NCBI GenBank assembly: GCA_002281855.1
Contig: NCHQ01000026.1
Location: 12,015 to 76,014, forward strand
Source: Rhodospirillales bacterium 24-66-33
Lineage (GTDB): Bacteria > Pseudomonadota > Alphaproteobacteria > Reyranellales > Reyranellaceae
DNA: 64,000 nt
Direction: 5' to 3'
This document shows, in pieces, positions 18,724 through 27,444 of the stretch. Numbering within the stretch: the first letter of the stretch is position 1; every line of letters starts with the position of its first letter. A program made the translations under genes and the position numbers. The notes under the pieces are model-generated. The model saw only the letters and a list, made by a program, of their open reading frames with translations. It did not search any database and was not told the DNA's origin.

Positions 18724-19818
18724 ATGCTGCATCTCGTCCCGCCCACACAGGGCCCAACGTCACACGACTCATCTCCGATCCCAGCGCGTCGTCCTGAGAT
18801 CGAAGCTGCGCGTCTCGCTGCGCTCGAGAGCTATGGCATCCTCGACACCGTGGTGGAGCCCGCCTTCGACCGGATCACCGAGATGGCCGCGGACCTGTTC
18901 GATGCGCCGATCGCGCTGCTGGGCTTCACCGGCCATTCCAACGTCTTCTTCAAGTCGCATCACGGGCTGACGACAAGCCATGCGCCGCGCGGGGCGGACC
19001 CCTCCCAGCCGGCGCTGGCGCCGTGGATCCGCAGCGAATTCAGGCAAGGCTTCCATGTCGAAGTGCCGCTGTACAGTTCAGACGGCTTCGAGATCGGAAT
19101 GCTATGCGTGATCGACCGCCGCCCGCGTCGGATCGAGGAGCCACAGATCCGCCATCTGCGCGCCCTGGGCGGCATCGCAACCGATCTGCTGGCGATGCGG
19201 CTTGCGGCGCGGCGCACGCTGGCCCAGGCCGAGATCACCACCAGCGAGGTCGACCATCGCGCGATGAACAGCCTGCAGTTCGTGGCGAGCCTGCTGCAGC
19301 TGCAGGGCCGCGCTTCGGCCTCGCCCGAGGTGACGCACCAACTGCGCGCTGCCGCCAACCGCGTGTTGGCGGTGGCGCGTGTGCACCGGATCTTCTCGAC
19401 CCACGAAACCGCCGGGCGCGTGCCGATCGTGGCCCATCTCCGGAGGCTCTGCGAGGAGCTGTCGACCAGCGTCGGCAGCGAGATCAGGCTGGAGGGCGCC
19501 GACGAGGTCGACGTGCCGAAGGAGCAGGTGCTGCCGATTGGCCTGATCGTCAACGAGCTGGCCACCAACGCGCGCAAGCATGCCGGCGACCCGATCACGA
19601 TCACGTTCCACCGGCTGGCCGAGGGCGCCTACGAGCTCTGCGTGCTCGACGAGGGGCCGGGCCTGCCGGCGGGGTTCGATGTCGCGGCGCCGTCAGGTCT
19701 GGGCCTCGGCATGAAGGTCGTGAATGCGCTGGTGGCCCAGTTGCAGGGTAAGCTCACGGCGCATTCCAATCCGGTCGGCCGTGGCTCATGCTTCAAGGTC
19801 ACGTTCCCGATCGGCTGA
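18724..19818 (+). CDS. Soluble GAF-domain sensor histidine kinase (HisKA_2 type)
   Basis: The real start is MLHLVPP (ATG 18724). Upstream of it, the 659-aa track ORF only reads through crp out of frame. The GAF-like block is YGILDT..E..FDRIT..A..LF..PIAL..F, the H-box is EVDHRAMNSLQFVASLLQLQ and the N-box is IVNELATNARKHAG. The G-box is DEGPGLP...SGLGLGMKVV. Confidence 0.85.
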   Translation: MLHLVPPTQGPTSHDSSPIPARRPEIEAARLAALESYGILDTVVEPAFDRITEMAADLFDAPIALLGFTGHSNVFFKSHHGLTTSHAPRGADPSQPALAPWIRSEFRQGFHVEVPLYSSDGFEIGMLCVIDRRPRRIEEPQIRHLRALGGIATDLLAMRLAARRTLAQAEITTSEVDHRAMNSLQFVASLLQLQGRASASPEVTHQLRAAANRVLAVARVHRIFSTHETAGRVPIVAHLRRLCEELSTSVGSEIRLEGADEVDVPKEQVLPIGLIVNELATNARKHAGDPITITFHRLAEGAYELCVLDEGPGLPAGFDVAAPSGLGLGMKVVNALVAQLQGKLTAHSNPVGRGSCFKVTFPIG

Positions 19819-19830
19819 CGAAAGGTCCAT

Positions 19831-20694
19831 TTGCTTACCCTCCGGATTCGCCACCGCACCACCTATCTCTATCACGCACCCGTCCGGCTGGGGCCGCATC
19901 GGCTGATGCTGCGGCCGCGCGAGAGCAGAGAGCTGCGGCTGGTGTCGCATGAGGTCACGGTGACGCCGGCGGCCACCGTCACCTGGGCGCACGACGTGTT
20001 CGGCAATGCCGTAGCGACGGCGGGCTTCGAGGGGCTCACCGACCGGCTGGTGGTCGACAGCGAGGCGGTGCTCACGCTGGGCGCCGATCCGTGGCCGGTG
20101 TTCGACATCGCCACCGTCGCGACGCGCTATCCCTTCGCCTACACCGACGCCGACTGGCGTGACCTGGGCGCGCTGGTGGTGCCGCAGTATCTCGATCCCG
20201 ATCGGAAGCTGCTGGCCTGGGCGAACGGGTTCGTGCGCAGCGTCCCCACGGACACGCTGTCTCTGCTGAAGGACCTCAGCGCCGGCGTTGCCCAGCAGAT
20301 CGGCTATCAGAGCCGCGAGAGCGAGGGCACGCAGGCGCCGCTGGAGACCCTGGCCCGCGGGCTGGGATCGTGCCGCGACCTGGCCGTGCTGTTCGTCGAG
20401 GCGGCGCGCTGCCTGCGCTTCGGTGCGCGGCTCTGCTCGGGCTATCTCTTCAGGCCGGATCGGGCGACGGGAAACTACGAAGCCGACTCCACCCATGCCT
20501 GGGCCGAGGTCTATGTGCCGGGTGCCGGCTGGATCACCTTCGATCCGACCAACCGCAGCGTCGGCGGGCACAACCTCATCCCGGTCGCCGTAGCGCGCGA
20601 GATCTGGCAGGTGACTCCGGTGTCGGGTGACTTCATCGGCGCCAGCGACGCCTTTCGCGGCCTCTGGGTCGACCTCAACGTGACGCCCCTCTGA
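19831..20694 (+). CDS. Transglutaminase-family protein (Bact_transglu_N plus transglutaminase core)
   Basis: LRIRHRTTYLYHAPV is the typical N-terminal domain start. The core has GSCRDLAVLFVEAARCLRFGARLCSGY (catalytic Cys) followed by HAWAEVYVPGAGWITFDPT (His/Asp). Confidence 0.85.
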   Translation: MLTLRIRHRTTYLYHAPVRLGPHRLMLRPRESRELRLVSHEVTVTPAATVTWAHDVFGNAVATAGFEGLTDRLVVDSEAVLTLGADPWPVFDIATVATRYPFAYTDADWRDLGALVVPQYLDPDRKLLAWANGFVRSVPTDTLSLLKDLSAGVAQQIGYQSRESEGTQAPLETLARGLGSCRDLAVLFVEAARCLRFGARLCSGYLFRPDRATGNYEADSTHAWAEVYVPGAGWITFDPTNRSVGGHNLIPVAVAREIWQVTPVSGDFIGASDAFRGLWVDLNVTPL

Positions 20695-20718
20695 GAGCGC
20701 TGTCGAGCGCGGCCGGGA

Positions 20719-21825
20719 TCAGGGCGCCTTGCGCGCTTTCTCGCCGACCACGATGCGGATGGCGGCGTCGGTCGGGCTGGGTGTCTGGGGCCCGTTGAGG
20801 GTGCCGCGGAACCGGCCCCAGTTGGCCGGCCAGTCTCCCTTGCTCGCGTTGAAGCCGGCCCCGCCCAGCGCGTCCACGAGGGCGGCCGCGGCCTCGTGTG
20901 TCGCCGGATCGCTGCCGTCCCGGACCAGGACGACGACGCCGTAGATTCCGGCCACGCCACCCCAGGTCCAGGTTTCAGGCGCCCAGCCCGCCCGGCCCAG
21001 ATCGGCGGAAATGGCCGCGCCGATGGCGGGTGCGTCGGAGATCTGGCCCAGCAGGAACAGGGCGGCCTTGGTCCCACTGTAGCGTTGCAGGCTCGCGACG
21101 AAAGGCGACGGCGGTGGCGGGGGCGGCTCTGCCGGTGCCGGAGGAGATGCTTGCGCAGCCATTTCCGGCTGCGGCTCCTGGGCTGCTTCCGGCGTCTTGG
21201 AGGTGGCGTCCCTGACCAGCTTGCCCAGGTCGGCGAGACGCCGCCGGATTTCGGCGGCATCGAACAGCGGGGTTCGCGCGGGTTCGGGGGCGGGCGCGCT
21301 CTCGCGCGGTGGCCGCGCTGCCCGTTCGGTCGCCTCACGCGCGGCCTGCTCGAACGCCGCGGCCCGCTCGCGCGCTCTGTCGGCCTGTTCGGCGAGGGTC
21401 GCCGCCTGGGTCCGGGCGAGCGAGACCTCCTGTTCGAGCGTTGCCGCCCGGCCCTGGGCCGTGGCGATCTCCCGTTCGAGGGCGGCCAGCTTCTCGCGCG
21501 CCGCCGATGCTTCGCGCTCGTGCTGGGCGGCCTGGCTTTCCAGCCCCTTGTAGTGATCGAGCGCCGACTGTTCGTGAGCGCGCACGGCGCCGCCGTAGCG
21601 AAACGACAGGAAGGTCGTGATGCCCAGCGCCGACACGGCCAGGATGGTGGCGACAAGGCTTACGATCATGGCCTTGTCCATGATCGACGCCCATCCCCGC
21701 AGCTGATCGATGTCCATGTTCACCGGCTTGTTGGAGCGCATGCCAAGCCCGTGCCCTCCCGGCACTCGATTAACAATCGGCAAATCGCCGCCGCCCGGTG
21801 AATTGTCGTGACAAATCGGAGGCAT
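20719..21825 (-). CDS. Hypothetical membrane-anchored coiled-coil protein with Pro-rich linker and C-terminal globular domain
   Basis: This is the maximal ORF. Likely starts are at M29, M37 or M50, none with a convincing SD. One TM helix (IVSLVATILAVSALGITTFL) is followed by about 100 aa of A/E/R/Q heptad-like sequence, then a PAPAEPPPPPPSP linker and a roughly 120-aa C-terminal domain. Confidence 0.6.
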   Translation of the reverse strand: MPPICHDNSPGGGDLPIVNRVPGGHGLGMRSNKPVNMDIDQLRGWASIMDKAMIVSLVATILAVSALGITTFLSFRYGGAVRAHEQSALDHYKGLESQAAQHEREASAAREKLAALEREIATAQGRAATLEQEVSLARTQAATLAEQADRARERAAAFEQAAREATERAARPPRESAPAPEPARTPLFDAAEIRRRLADLGKLVRDATSKTPEAAQEPQPEMAAQASPPAPAEPPPPPPSPFVASLQRYSGTKAALFLLGQISDAPAIGAAISADLGRAGWAPETWTWGGVAGIYGVVVLVRDGSDPATHEAAAALVDALGGAGFNASKGDWPANWGRFRGTLNGPQTPSPTDAAIRIVVGEKARKAP

Positions 21826-21939
21826 GGCCCGCGCCCGCGGTGGCTCATGCGGAATGAGATGCTGAGCCAGCGTTCAATGACGGATCGGGCCGAACTGTCG
21901 AGCGTATGGCGTTGCCTGCCGATCGGCAGAGCCGCCTGT

Positions 21940-22191
21940 CTAGGCGCGCCGGCCCTGGAGGACGACAGCCCGGCCTTCATCCTTGAGCCGAACCGTATCA
22001 GCGGCGAGCTGTGTCCATCCCCGTCGCGCGCAATCCTTCGCGATAGCCTCCACTTCGAAGAAGCCGAGACGCATGCGTAACGCGACGGTATCGAGCATCC
22101 GCCAGGCGCCGGGCACCATGCCGGACGTTTCTTCCGCTAGAGCTGCGCAGAAGTCCCGCGCACGATTGTCCGGAACGGAAGGCGTAGACAT
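21940..22191 (-). CDS. Hypothetical small protein (83 aa)
   Basis: An AGGAG SD lies 6 nt upstream of ATG 22191. Composition is normal and I recognise no family. Confidence 0.5.
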   Translation of the reverse strand: MSTPSVPDNRARDFCAALAEETSGMVPGAWRMLDTVALRMRLGFFEVEAIAKDCARRGWTQLAADTVRLKDEGRAVVLQGRRA

Positions 22192-22448
22192 TGACCACTC
22201 CTGGGCTGCTCACGACGGCTGCGATTTGCGGCACCCGGATGCGTTCGGCTTCGTGGGGCGCTGCGTCACCCTATGTCAGATCAGAGAGACCGCCGTCGAC
22301 ACTCTTCCTCGCGATATCCACATCACTTGTCGCCGGCGATGTCGCGGCCTGCCTGCTGGAGCCGGACAGGTGGAATTCGCGAAGATCAGGATCCTCCGAA
22401 GGCGCAGCGGCTTGGTCTATGCTCCATACTCTTCGGGAGGAAAAAACC

Positions 22449-23633
22449 ATGAAAATCGCCAGGATCGAGGATCTTCACTGCGACGCCGGATGGCGCGACT
22501 TCTCGTTTCTCAAGGTCACGACCGATGACGGGCTGGTCGGCTGGTCCGAGTACAATGAAGGCTATGGCAGCGCCGGCCTCACCGCCGTCATCCGGCGCAT
22601 GGCGCAGGGACTGATCGGCCAGGACCCGCGTCCCATCGAGCGCATCATGTCGACGCTCTACGCCGTCACCCGCCAGGCGCCGGGCGGCATCAACCAGCAG
22701 GCGATGGCCGCCATCGAGAATGCGCTGATCGACGTGAAGGCCAAGGCGCTGGGCATCCCCGTCTGCGAGCTGTTCGGCGGGCCGGTGCGCGACCGCCTGC
22801 CGCTCTACTGGTCGCATTGCGGCAGCTACCGGTTCCGCAATGCCGAGGTCATGGGCGTCGAGCCGGTGCGCTCGCTCGACGATCTGGTGAAGCTCGGCCG
22901 GCATGTGAAGGAGCGCGGCTTCAAGGCGCTCAAGACCAACATCTTCCGCTTCGATCTCGATCCGCCGAACATGTACCAGCCGGGCTTCGGCCGCAGCCCG
23001 GGCGGGCCCGAGCTGAACGTCGACGGCGCCGTGCTGGGCGCGATCTCCGACGGGCTGGCGGCCTTTCGCCAGGGCGCCGGTCACGAGATGGGCATCCTTC
23101 TCGACACCAATTTCAACTTCAAGACCGAGGGCTACATCAAGGTCGCGCGGACCTGCGAGCCCTACAACCTGTTCTGGATGGAGATCGATTCCTACGATCC
23201 GGAGGGGCTGCGCCTGATCCGCGACCGCGCCACGATGCCGATCGCTTCGTGCGAATCGCTGTTCGGCCGCCGCCAGTTCCGGCCGTTCTTCGAGAACCGC
23301 TCGATCGACGTCGCGATCATCGACGTGCCATGGAACGGCCTCGCGGAGTCGCTGAAGATCGCGTCGATGGCCGAGGCCTATGAGATCAACTGCGCGCCGC
23401 ATAATTTCTACGGCCACATGTCGACCCTGATGAGTGCACACCTGTGCGCCGCCATGCCGAACTTCCGCATCATGGAAATCGATATCGATGACGTGCCATG
23501 GAAGGACGATCTGGTGACTCATCCGCCAGTGATCCAGAATGGCGAACTGATCGTGCCCACCCGGCCCGGCTGGGGTGCCGACATCAACGAGGAGGCGGTC
23601 AAGGCGCATCCGCCGAAGAACCCGCATCCCTGA
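22449..23633 (+). CDS. Enolase-superfamily enzyme (mandelate racemase / muconate lactonizing family, acid-sugar-dehydratase-like)
   Basis: The start is MKIARIEDLH (ATG 22449, GGGAGGA SD). It has LKVTTDDGLVGWSE, AIENALIDVKAKALG.PV.ELFGG and metal-ligand-type blocks (LDTNF, WMEID, CESL). Confidence 0.9.
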   Translation: MKIARIEDLHCDAGWRDFSFLKVTTDDGLVGWSEYNEGYGSAGLTAVIRRMAQGLIGQDPRPIERIMSTLYAVTRQAPGGINQQAMAAIENALIDVKAKALGIPVCELFGGPVRDRLPLYWSHCGSYRFRNAEVMGVEPVRSLDDLVKLGRHVKERGFKALKTNIFRFDLDPPNMYQPGFGRSPGGPELNVDGAVLGAISDGLAAFRQGAGHEMGILLDTNFNFKTEGYIKVARTCEPYNLFWMEIDSYDPEGLRLIRDRATMPIASCESLFGRRQFRPFFENRSIDVAIIDVPWNGLAESLKIASMAEAYEINCAPHNFYGHMSTLMSAHLCAAMPNFRIMEIDIDDVPWKDDLVTHPPVIQNGELIVPTRPGWGADINEEAVKAHPPKNPHP

Positions 23634-23646
23634 GAGGACTGAAGAC

Positions 23647-24285
23647 ATGGTCTACGAGTTTCGCACCTACACGCTGGCGCCCGGCAAGATGCCGGAATAC
23701 CTCAAGGCCGCCGAGACGATCGGCCGCCCGGCGCGCGGCAACAATTACGGCGTCAACCACGGCTACTGGACCTCGGAGTTCGGCGCGCTGAACCAGATCT
23801 GGCATCTGTGGAAGTACGACAGCTACGAGGAGCGCACGCGCCTGCGCACCGAGCTGCAGAAGAACAAGGACTGGACCGAGAAGTACCTGCCGATCGTGCG
23901 GACCTGCGTGGTCCGCCAGGACCTGCGCCTGATGAACACCGTGGTCGACATCAAGCCGGACGACGGTACCACCGGCAACATCTACGAACTGCGCATCTAT
24001 CGCTGCGGCCTGGGCGGCGCGGTGCAGTACGGCAAGGACTTCAAGGAAGTCCAGGCGGCGCGCGAGAAGTACTCGCCGATCTGGGGCGCCTGGACCGGCG
24101 AGTTCCCGCAGCCCAACGAGTGGATCCATCTCTGGCGCTACAAGAACCTGCAGGAGCGCTTCGAGGCCCGCGCCGCGGCGATGAAGGATCCGGCGTGGCA
24201 GGCCTATCTCGCCAAGGGCCCGGCCAAGCTGCAGGAGATGCACTCGACCCTGCTGCTGCCGACCAACTACTCGCCGCTGAAGTAG
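23647..24285 (+). CDS. NIPSNAP-family protein (two NIPSNAP repeats)
   Basis: The start is MVYEFRTYTL (ATG 23647, GAGAGGA SD). The motif YE.R.Y......(Y/F) occurs twice (MVYEFRTYTLAPG, NIYELRIYRCGLG), as does IWHLW.Y / IHLWRY. Confidence 0.8.
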   Translation: MVYEFRTYTLAPGKMPEYLKAAETIGRPARGNNYGVNHGYWTSEFGALNQIWHLWKYDSYEERTRLRTELQKNKDWTEKYLPIVRTCVVRQDLRLMNTVVDIKPDDGTTGNIYELRIYRCGLGGAVQYGKDFKEVQAAREKYSPIWGAWTGEFPQPNEWIHLWRYKNLQERFEARAAAMKDPAWQAYLAKGPAKLQEMHSTLLLPTNYSPLK

Positions 24286-24318
24286 AACAGACGACATAAA
24301 CGAAACAGACGAAACGAA

Positions 24319-24344
24319 CACCCCGGGGAGCGATCCCCGGGGTG
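24319..24344 (+). terminator. Perfect 10-bp hairpin (caccccgggg / agcgat / ccccggggtg), possible terminator or attenuator
   Basis: It sits between the NIPSNAP stop and the next start codon. No T-tract follows on the + strand. Confidence 0.35.
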
Positions 24345-24374
24345 TGGTGGCTTGGATATTGCGAGGACCGGCGC

Positions 24375-26708
24375 ATGGATACGTTCGACGACAGTCTTGC
24401 CTTCGTGAAGTTCGGCGTCGGCCAGCCGGTGACGCGCAAGGAGGATCCGACCCTGCTGCGGGGCCAGGGCCGCTACACCGACGACATCAATCTTCCGGGC
24501 CAGGCTTATGCGGTGATGGTGCGCAGCCGTAACGCGCACGGAATGCTGAAGGGCATCGACACGTCCGAGGCGAAGGGGCTGCCGGGGGTTCTCATGATCC
24601 TGACGGCGGCCGATCTCGACGAGGCGGGCTTCGGCCCGCTGATGTGCCCGCTCAACATCCCGCAACGCGACGGCACGCCGATGAAGACGCCGCCGCGCTG
24701 GTCGCTGGCGAAGGACAAGGTGCGCTTCGCGGGCGAGGTGGTGGCCGTGGTGGTGGCGGAGACGGCCGTGCAGGCCAAGGATGCCGCCGAAGCCGTGATG
24801 CTCGATATCGAGGAGCTGCCGGCCGTGACCAGCCCCGAGGCGGCGCTGGCCGACGGCGCGCCGCAGATCCATGACGATGCGCCGGGCAACCTCGTGCTCG
24901 ATTTCCATTTCGGCAATGCCGACGCTGTCGCCAAAGGCTTCGCCGAGGCCGCGCACGTCACGAGGCTCGAGATCGATTCTCAGCGTATCGTGGTCAACGC
25001 CATGGAGCCTCGCTCGGCGATCGGTTCGTACGACACGGCGAAGGACCGCTGGGTGCTGAACGTCGGTTGCCAGGGCGTGTTCGGCCTGCGCGGCGGCCTC
25101 GCCAAGGACGTGCTCAAGGTCACGCCCGACAAGCTCCACGTGCTCACCGGCAATGTCGGCGGTTCGTTCGGCATGAAGGCGCCGCCCTATCCGGAATATG
25201 CGCCGCTGCTGCTGGCGGCTAAGAAGCTCGGCCGGCCGGTGAAATGGACCGACGAGCGGTCCGAGAGTTTCCTGTCGGATCATCATGGTCGCGATCACGA
25301 GCGCGTCGCCGAGCTGGCATTGGACAAGGACGGCAGGTTCCTCGCGGTGCGCCTCACCGGCTACGGCAATGCCGGCGCCTACATCTATCCGCCGATGCCG
25401 GCCACGACGAACGCGGTGAAGAACCTGATCGACGTCTACCGGACGCCGGCCATGGAGGTGAATTCCAAGATCGTCTTCACCAACTGCACGCCGATCGCGG
25501 CCTATCGCGGCGCCGGCCGTCCCGAAGGCAACTATTTCATGGAGCGCCTGATCGACACGGCCGCCCGCGAGATGGGCATCGACGGCATCGAACTGCGGCG
25601 GCGCAATCACATCGCGCCGGAGCAGATGCCGTACAAGTCGCCGGCCAACAATCTCTACGATTCGGGCGAGTTCCGCGCCATCCTCGACGAGACGCTGCAG
25701 ATCTCCGACTGGCACGGGTTCGCGGCCCGCAGGGAAGAGAGTGCGAAGCGCGGCAGGCTGCGCGGCCGCGGCGTCGGCAGCTATCTCGAAGTGACGGCGC
25801 CGGCCGGCAAGGAGCATGGCGGAATCCGCTTCGAGCCCGATGGTGACGTCACCATGCTGAGCGGCACGCTCGACTACGGCCAGGGCCATGCCTCGGCCTT
25901 CGCCCAGGTGCTGACCGGCCTGCTGGGCATTCCCTTCGAACGCTTCAAGCTGCTGCAGGGCGACAGTGACCAGCTCAAGGCCGGCGGCGGCACCGGCGGT
26001 TCGCGCTCAGCGCTGGTGGGCGCGGAAGCTTTCCTCGAGGCCAGCAAGAAGGTCATCGACCAGGGCAAGCAGATCGCCGCGCATGTGCTCGAAGCGTCGG
26101 TGGCCGACATGGAATTCGACAAGGGGCGCTTCAAGATCGCCGGCACCGACCGCGGCATCGGAATCCTCGAGCTGGCGCAGAAGCTGCGCGACGGTCTGGC
26201 GCTGCCGGACGACGTGCCGCAGACGCTCGACGTCGCGCATGTCTCCGATACGCCGCCCTCGTCGTTCCCCAACGGCTGTCATGTCTGCGAGGTCGAGATC
26301 GATCCCGAGACCGGCACGATCGAACTGGTGCGCTACTTCATGGTCAACGACTTCGGCACGGTGATCAATCCGTTGCTGGTCGAGGGCCAGGCGCATGGCG
26401 GCGTCGTGCAGGGGCTCGGCCAGGCGACCATGGAGCGCACCGTCTATGACGAGCAGGGCCAGCTGCTGACCGGCTCGTTCACCGACTACGCCCTGCCGCG
26501 GGCGCAGGACGCGCCGAGCTTCACGATCCAGAGCCATCCCGTGCCGGCCAAGACCAACACGCTCGGCGTGAAGGGCTGCGGCGAGGCAGGCTGCGCCGGG
26601 GCCCTGCCGTCGATCATGAACGCCATCGTCGATGCGCTGGGCGGCAAGCACATCGACATGCCGGCGACGCCGGAGAAGGTGTGGCGGGCGCTGAACGAGG
26701 GTAAGTAA
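24375..26708 (+). CDS. CoxL/xanthine-dehydrogenase-family molybdopterin-binding large subunit (form-II-CoxL-like motif; no small or medium subunit adjacent)
   Basis: The start is MDTFDDSLAFVKFGVGQPVTRKEDPTLLRGQGRYTDD (ATG 24375, GCGAGGA SD). Motifs are GNVGGSFGMK, AAYRGAGRPEG and GVKGCGEAG. Confidence 0.9.
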   Translation: MDTFDDSLAFVKFGVGQPVTRKEDPTLLRGQGRYTDDINLPGQAYAVMVRSRNAHGMLKGIDTSEAKGLPGVLMILTAADLDEAGFGPLMCPLNIPQRDGTPMKTPPRWSLAKDKVRFAGEVVAVVVAETAVQAKDAAEAVMLDIEELPAVTSPEAALADGAPQIHDDAPGNLVLDFHFGNADAVAKGFAEAAHVTRLEIDSQRIVVNAMEPRSAIGSYDTAKDRWVLNVGCQGVFGLRGGLAKDVLKVTPDKLHVLTGNVGGSFGMKAPPYPEYAPLLLAAKKLGRPVKWTDERSESFLSDHHGRDHERVAELALDKDGRFLAVRLTGYGNAGAYIYPPMPATTNAVKNLIDVYRTPAMEVNSKIVFTNCTPIAAYRGAGRPEGNYFMERLIDTAAREMGIDGIELRRRNHIAPEQMPYKSPANNLYDSGEFRAILDETLQISDWHGFAARREESAKRGRLRGRGVGSYLEVTAPAGKEHGGIRFEPDGDVTMLSGTLDYGQGHASAFAQVLTGLLGIPFERFKLLQGDSDQLKAGGGTGGSRSALVGAEAFLEASKKVIDQGKQIAAHVLEASVADMEFDKGRFKIAGTDRGIGILELAQKLRDGLALPDDVPQTLDVAHVSDTPPSSFPNGCHVCEVEIDPETGTIELVRYFMVNDFGTVINPLLVEGQAHGGVVQGLGQATMERTVYDEQGQLLTGSFTDYALPRAQDAPSFTIQSHPVPAKTNTLGVKGCGEAGCAGALPSIMNAIVDALGGKHIDMPATPEKVWRALNEGK

Positions 26709-26711
26709 GTG

Positions 26712-26804
26712 ATGTCGTCATCCTGAGCGCAGCGAAGGATCTCGCGCGCGCAAGGGAGTGCGTTGGCCGCCCCGCAAGGTCCTTCGCTGCGCTCAGGACG
26801 ACAT
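26712..26804. repeat. Intergenic palindromic (REP/MITE-like) element, family A, copy 1
   Basis: The arms atgtcgtcatcctgagcgcagcgaaggatc and ggtccttcgctgcgctcaggacgacat are inverted repeats. The same arms recur at 63601..63688. The element lies between convergent genes. Confidence 0.8.
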
Positions 26805-26821
26805 GAGAGGCAGGTAGCCCG

Positions 26822-27391
26822 TTAGCTGACCTTCGCCTCGATCTCGATCGTCTTCTTGACGGCGGGGCGCTCCAGCATGCGGGCGTGGTGGGCTTCCAGC
26901 GCCGGGAAGTCGCCCGGCTGGCGCTCGAGCTGGTCGCGGAAGCGCCAGTAGACGCGGAACAAATGGATGTCGGCGATCGAATAGCGATCGCCCAGGATCC
27001 ACGTCCGGTCGCCCAGGCGCTTGTCGGCCACGGCATAGAGTTCGCGTGCCTCGGCCACGCCCTGCCGGATCGCCGGATGGATCGTCGAGGCGACGTAGGA
27101 CATCCAGGAGATGGCCTGCGCCTCGGCCTCGATGTCGCCCGCGTGCAACAGGCCGGCCGCCGGATAGGTGCGGGCGAGATAGTAGAGGATGCCGGCCACC
27201 TCGGTGAGCGGACGGCCGTCGATCATCAGCACGGGAACCTTGCCTGCCGGATTGACGGCAAGGAATTCGGCGTTGCGCGTTTCCTTGCGCGGCACCGACA
27301 CCGCGTGCTTGTCGAACGGGGCGCCCACTTCGTGGAGGGCGATATGGGCTGCCATCGAGCTGGAGCCGGGCGAGTAATACAGGGTGAGCAT
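26822..27391 (-). CDS. Glutathione S-transferase family protein
   Basis: The start is MLTLYYSPGSSS (ATG 27391). The thioredoxin-like N-domain has NP.GKVPVL..DG..L.E..AIL.YL and the C-domain has the S.ADI block. Confidence 0.9.
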   Translation of the reverse strand: MLTLYYSPGSSSMAAHIALHEVGAPFDKHAVSVPRKETRNAEFLAVNPAGKVPVLMIDGRPLTEVAGILYYLARTYPAAGLLHAGDIEAEAQAISWMSYVASTIHPAIRQGVAEARELYAVADKRLGDRTWILGDRYSIADIHLFRVYWRFRDQLERQPGDFPALEAHHARMLERPAVKKTIEIEAKVS

Positions 27392-27444
27392 GGCCAACCG
27401 TACCACGCCTGTCATAGCGGTCGAAGGTTGGTTATCCTGCCGTC

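Noticed and set aside
17839-19818. 659-aa ORF as a single sensor protein.
   Set aside because: Its first 295 codons overlap the well-supported Crp/Fnr gene in another frame and are Arg/Pro-rich. GAF-kinase homology begins only at MLHLVPP (18724).
26614-27036. ORFs spanning the palindromic elements (26614..27036 -, 63423..63863 -, 63591..63878 +) that encode LSAAKDL / SFAALRMT-like peptides.
   Set aside because: They are translations of the intergenic REP-like repeats and neighbouring antisense sequence. They have no SD and overlap real convergent genes.
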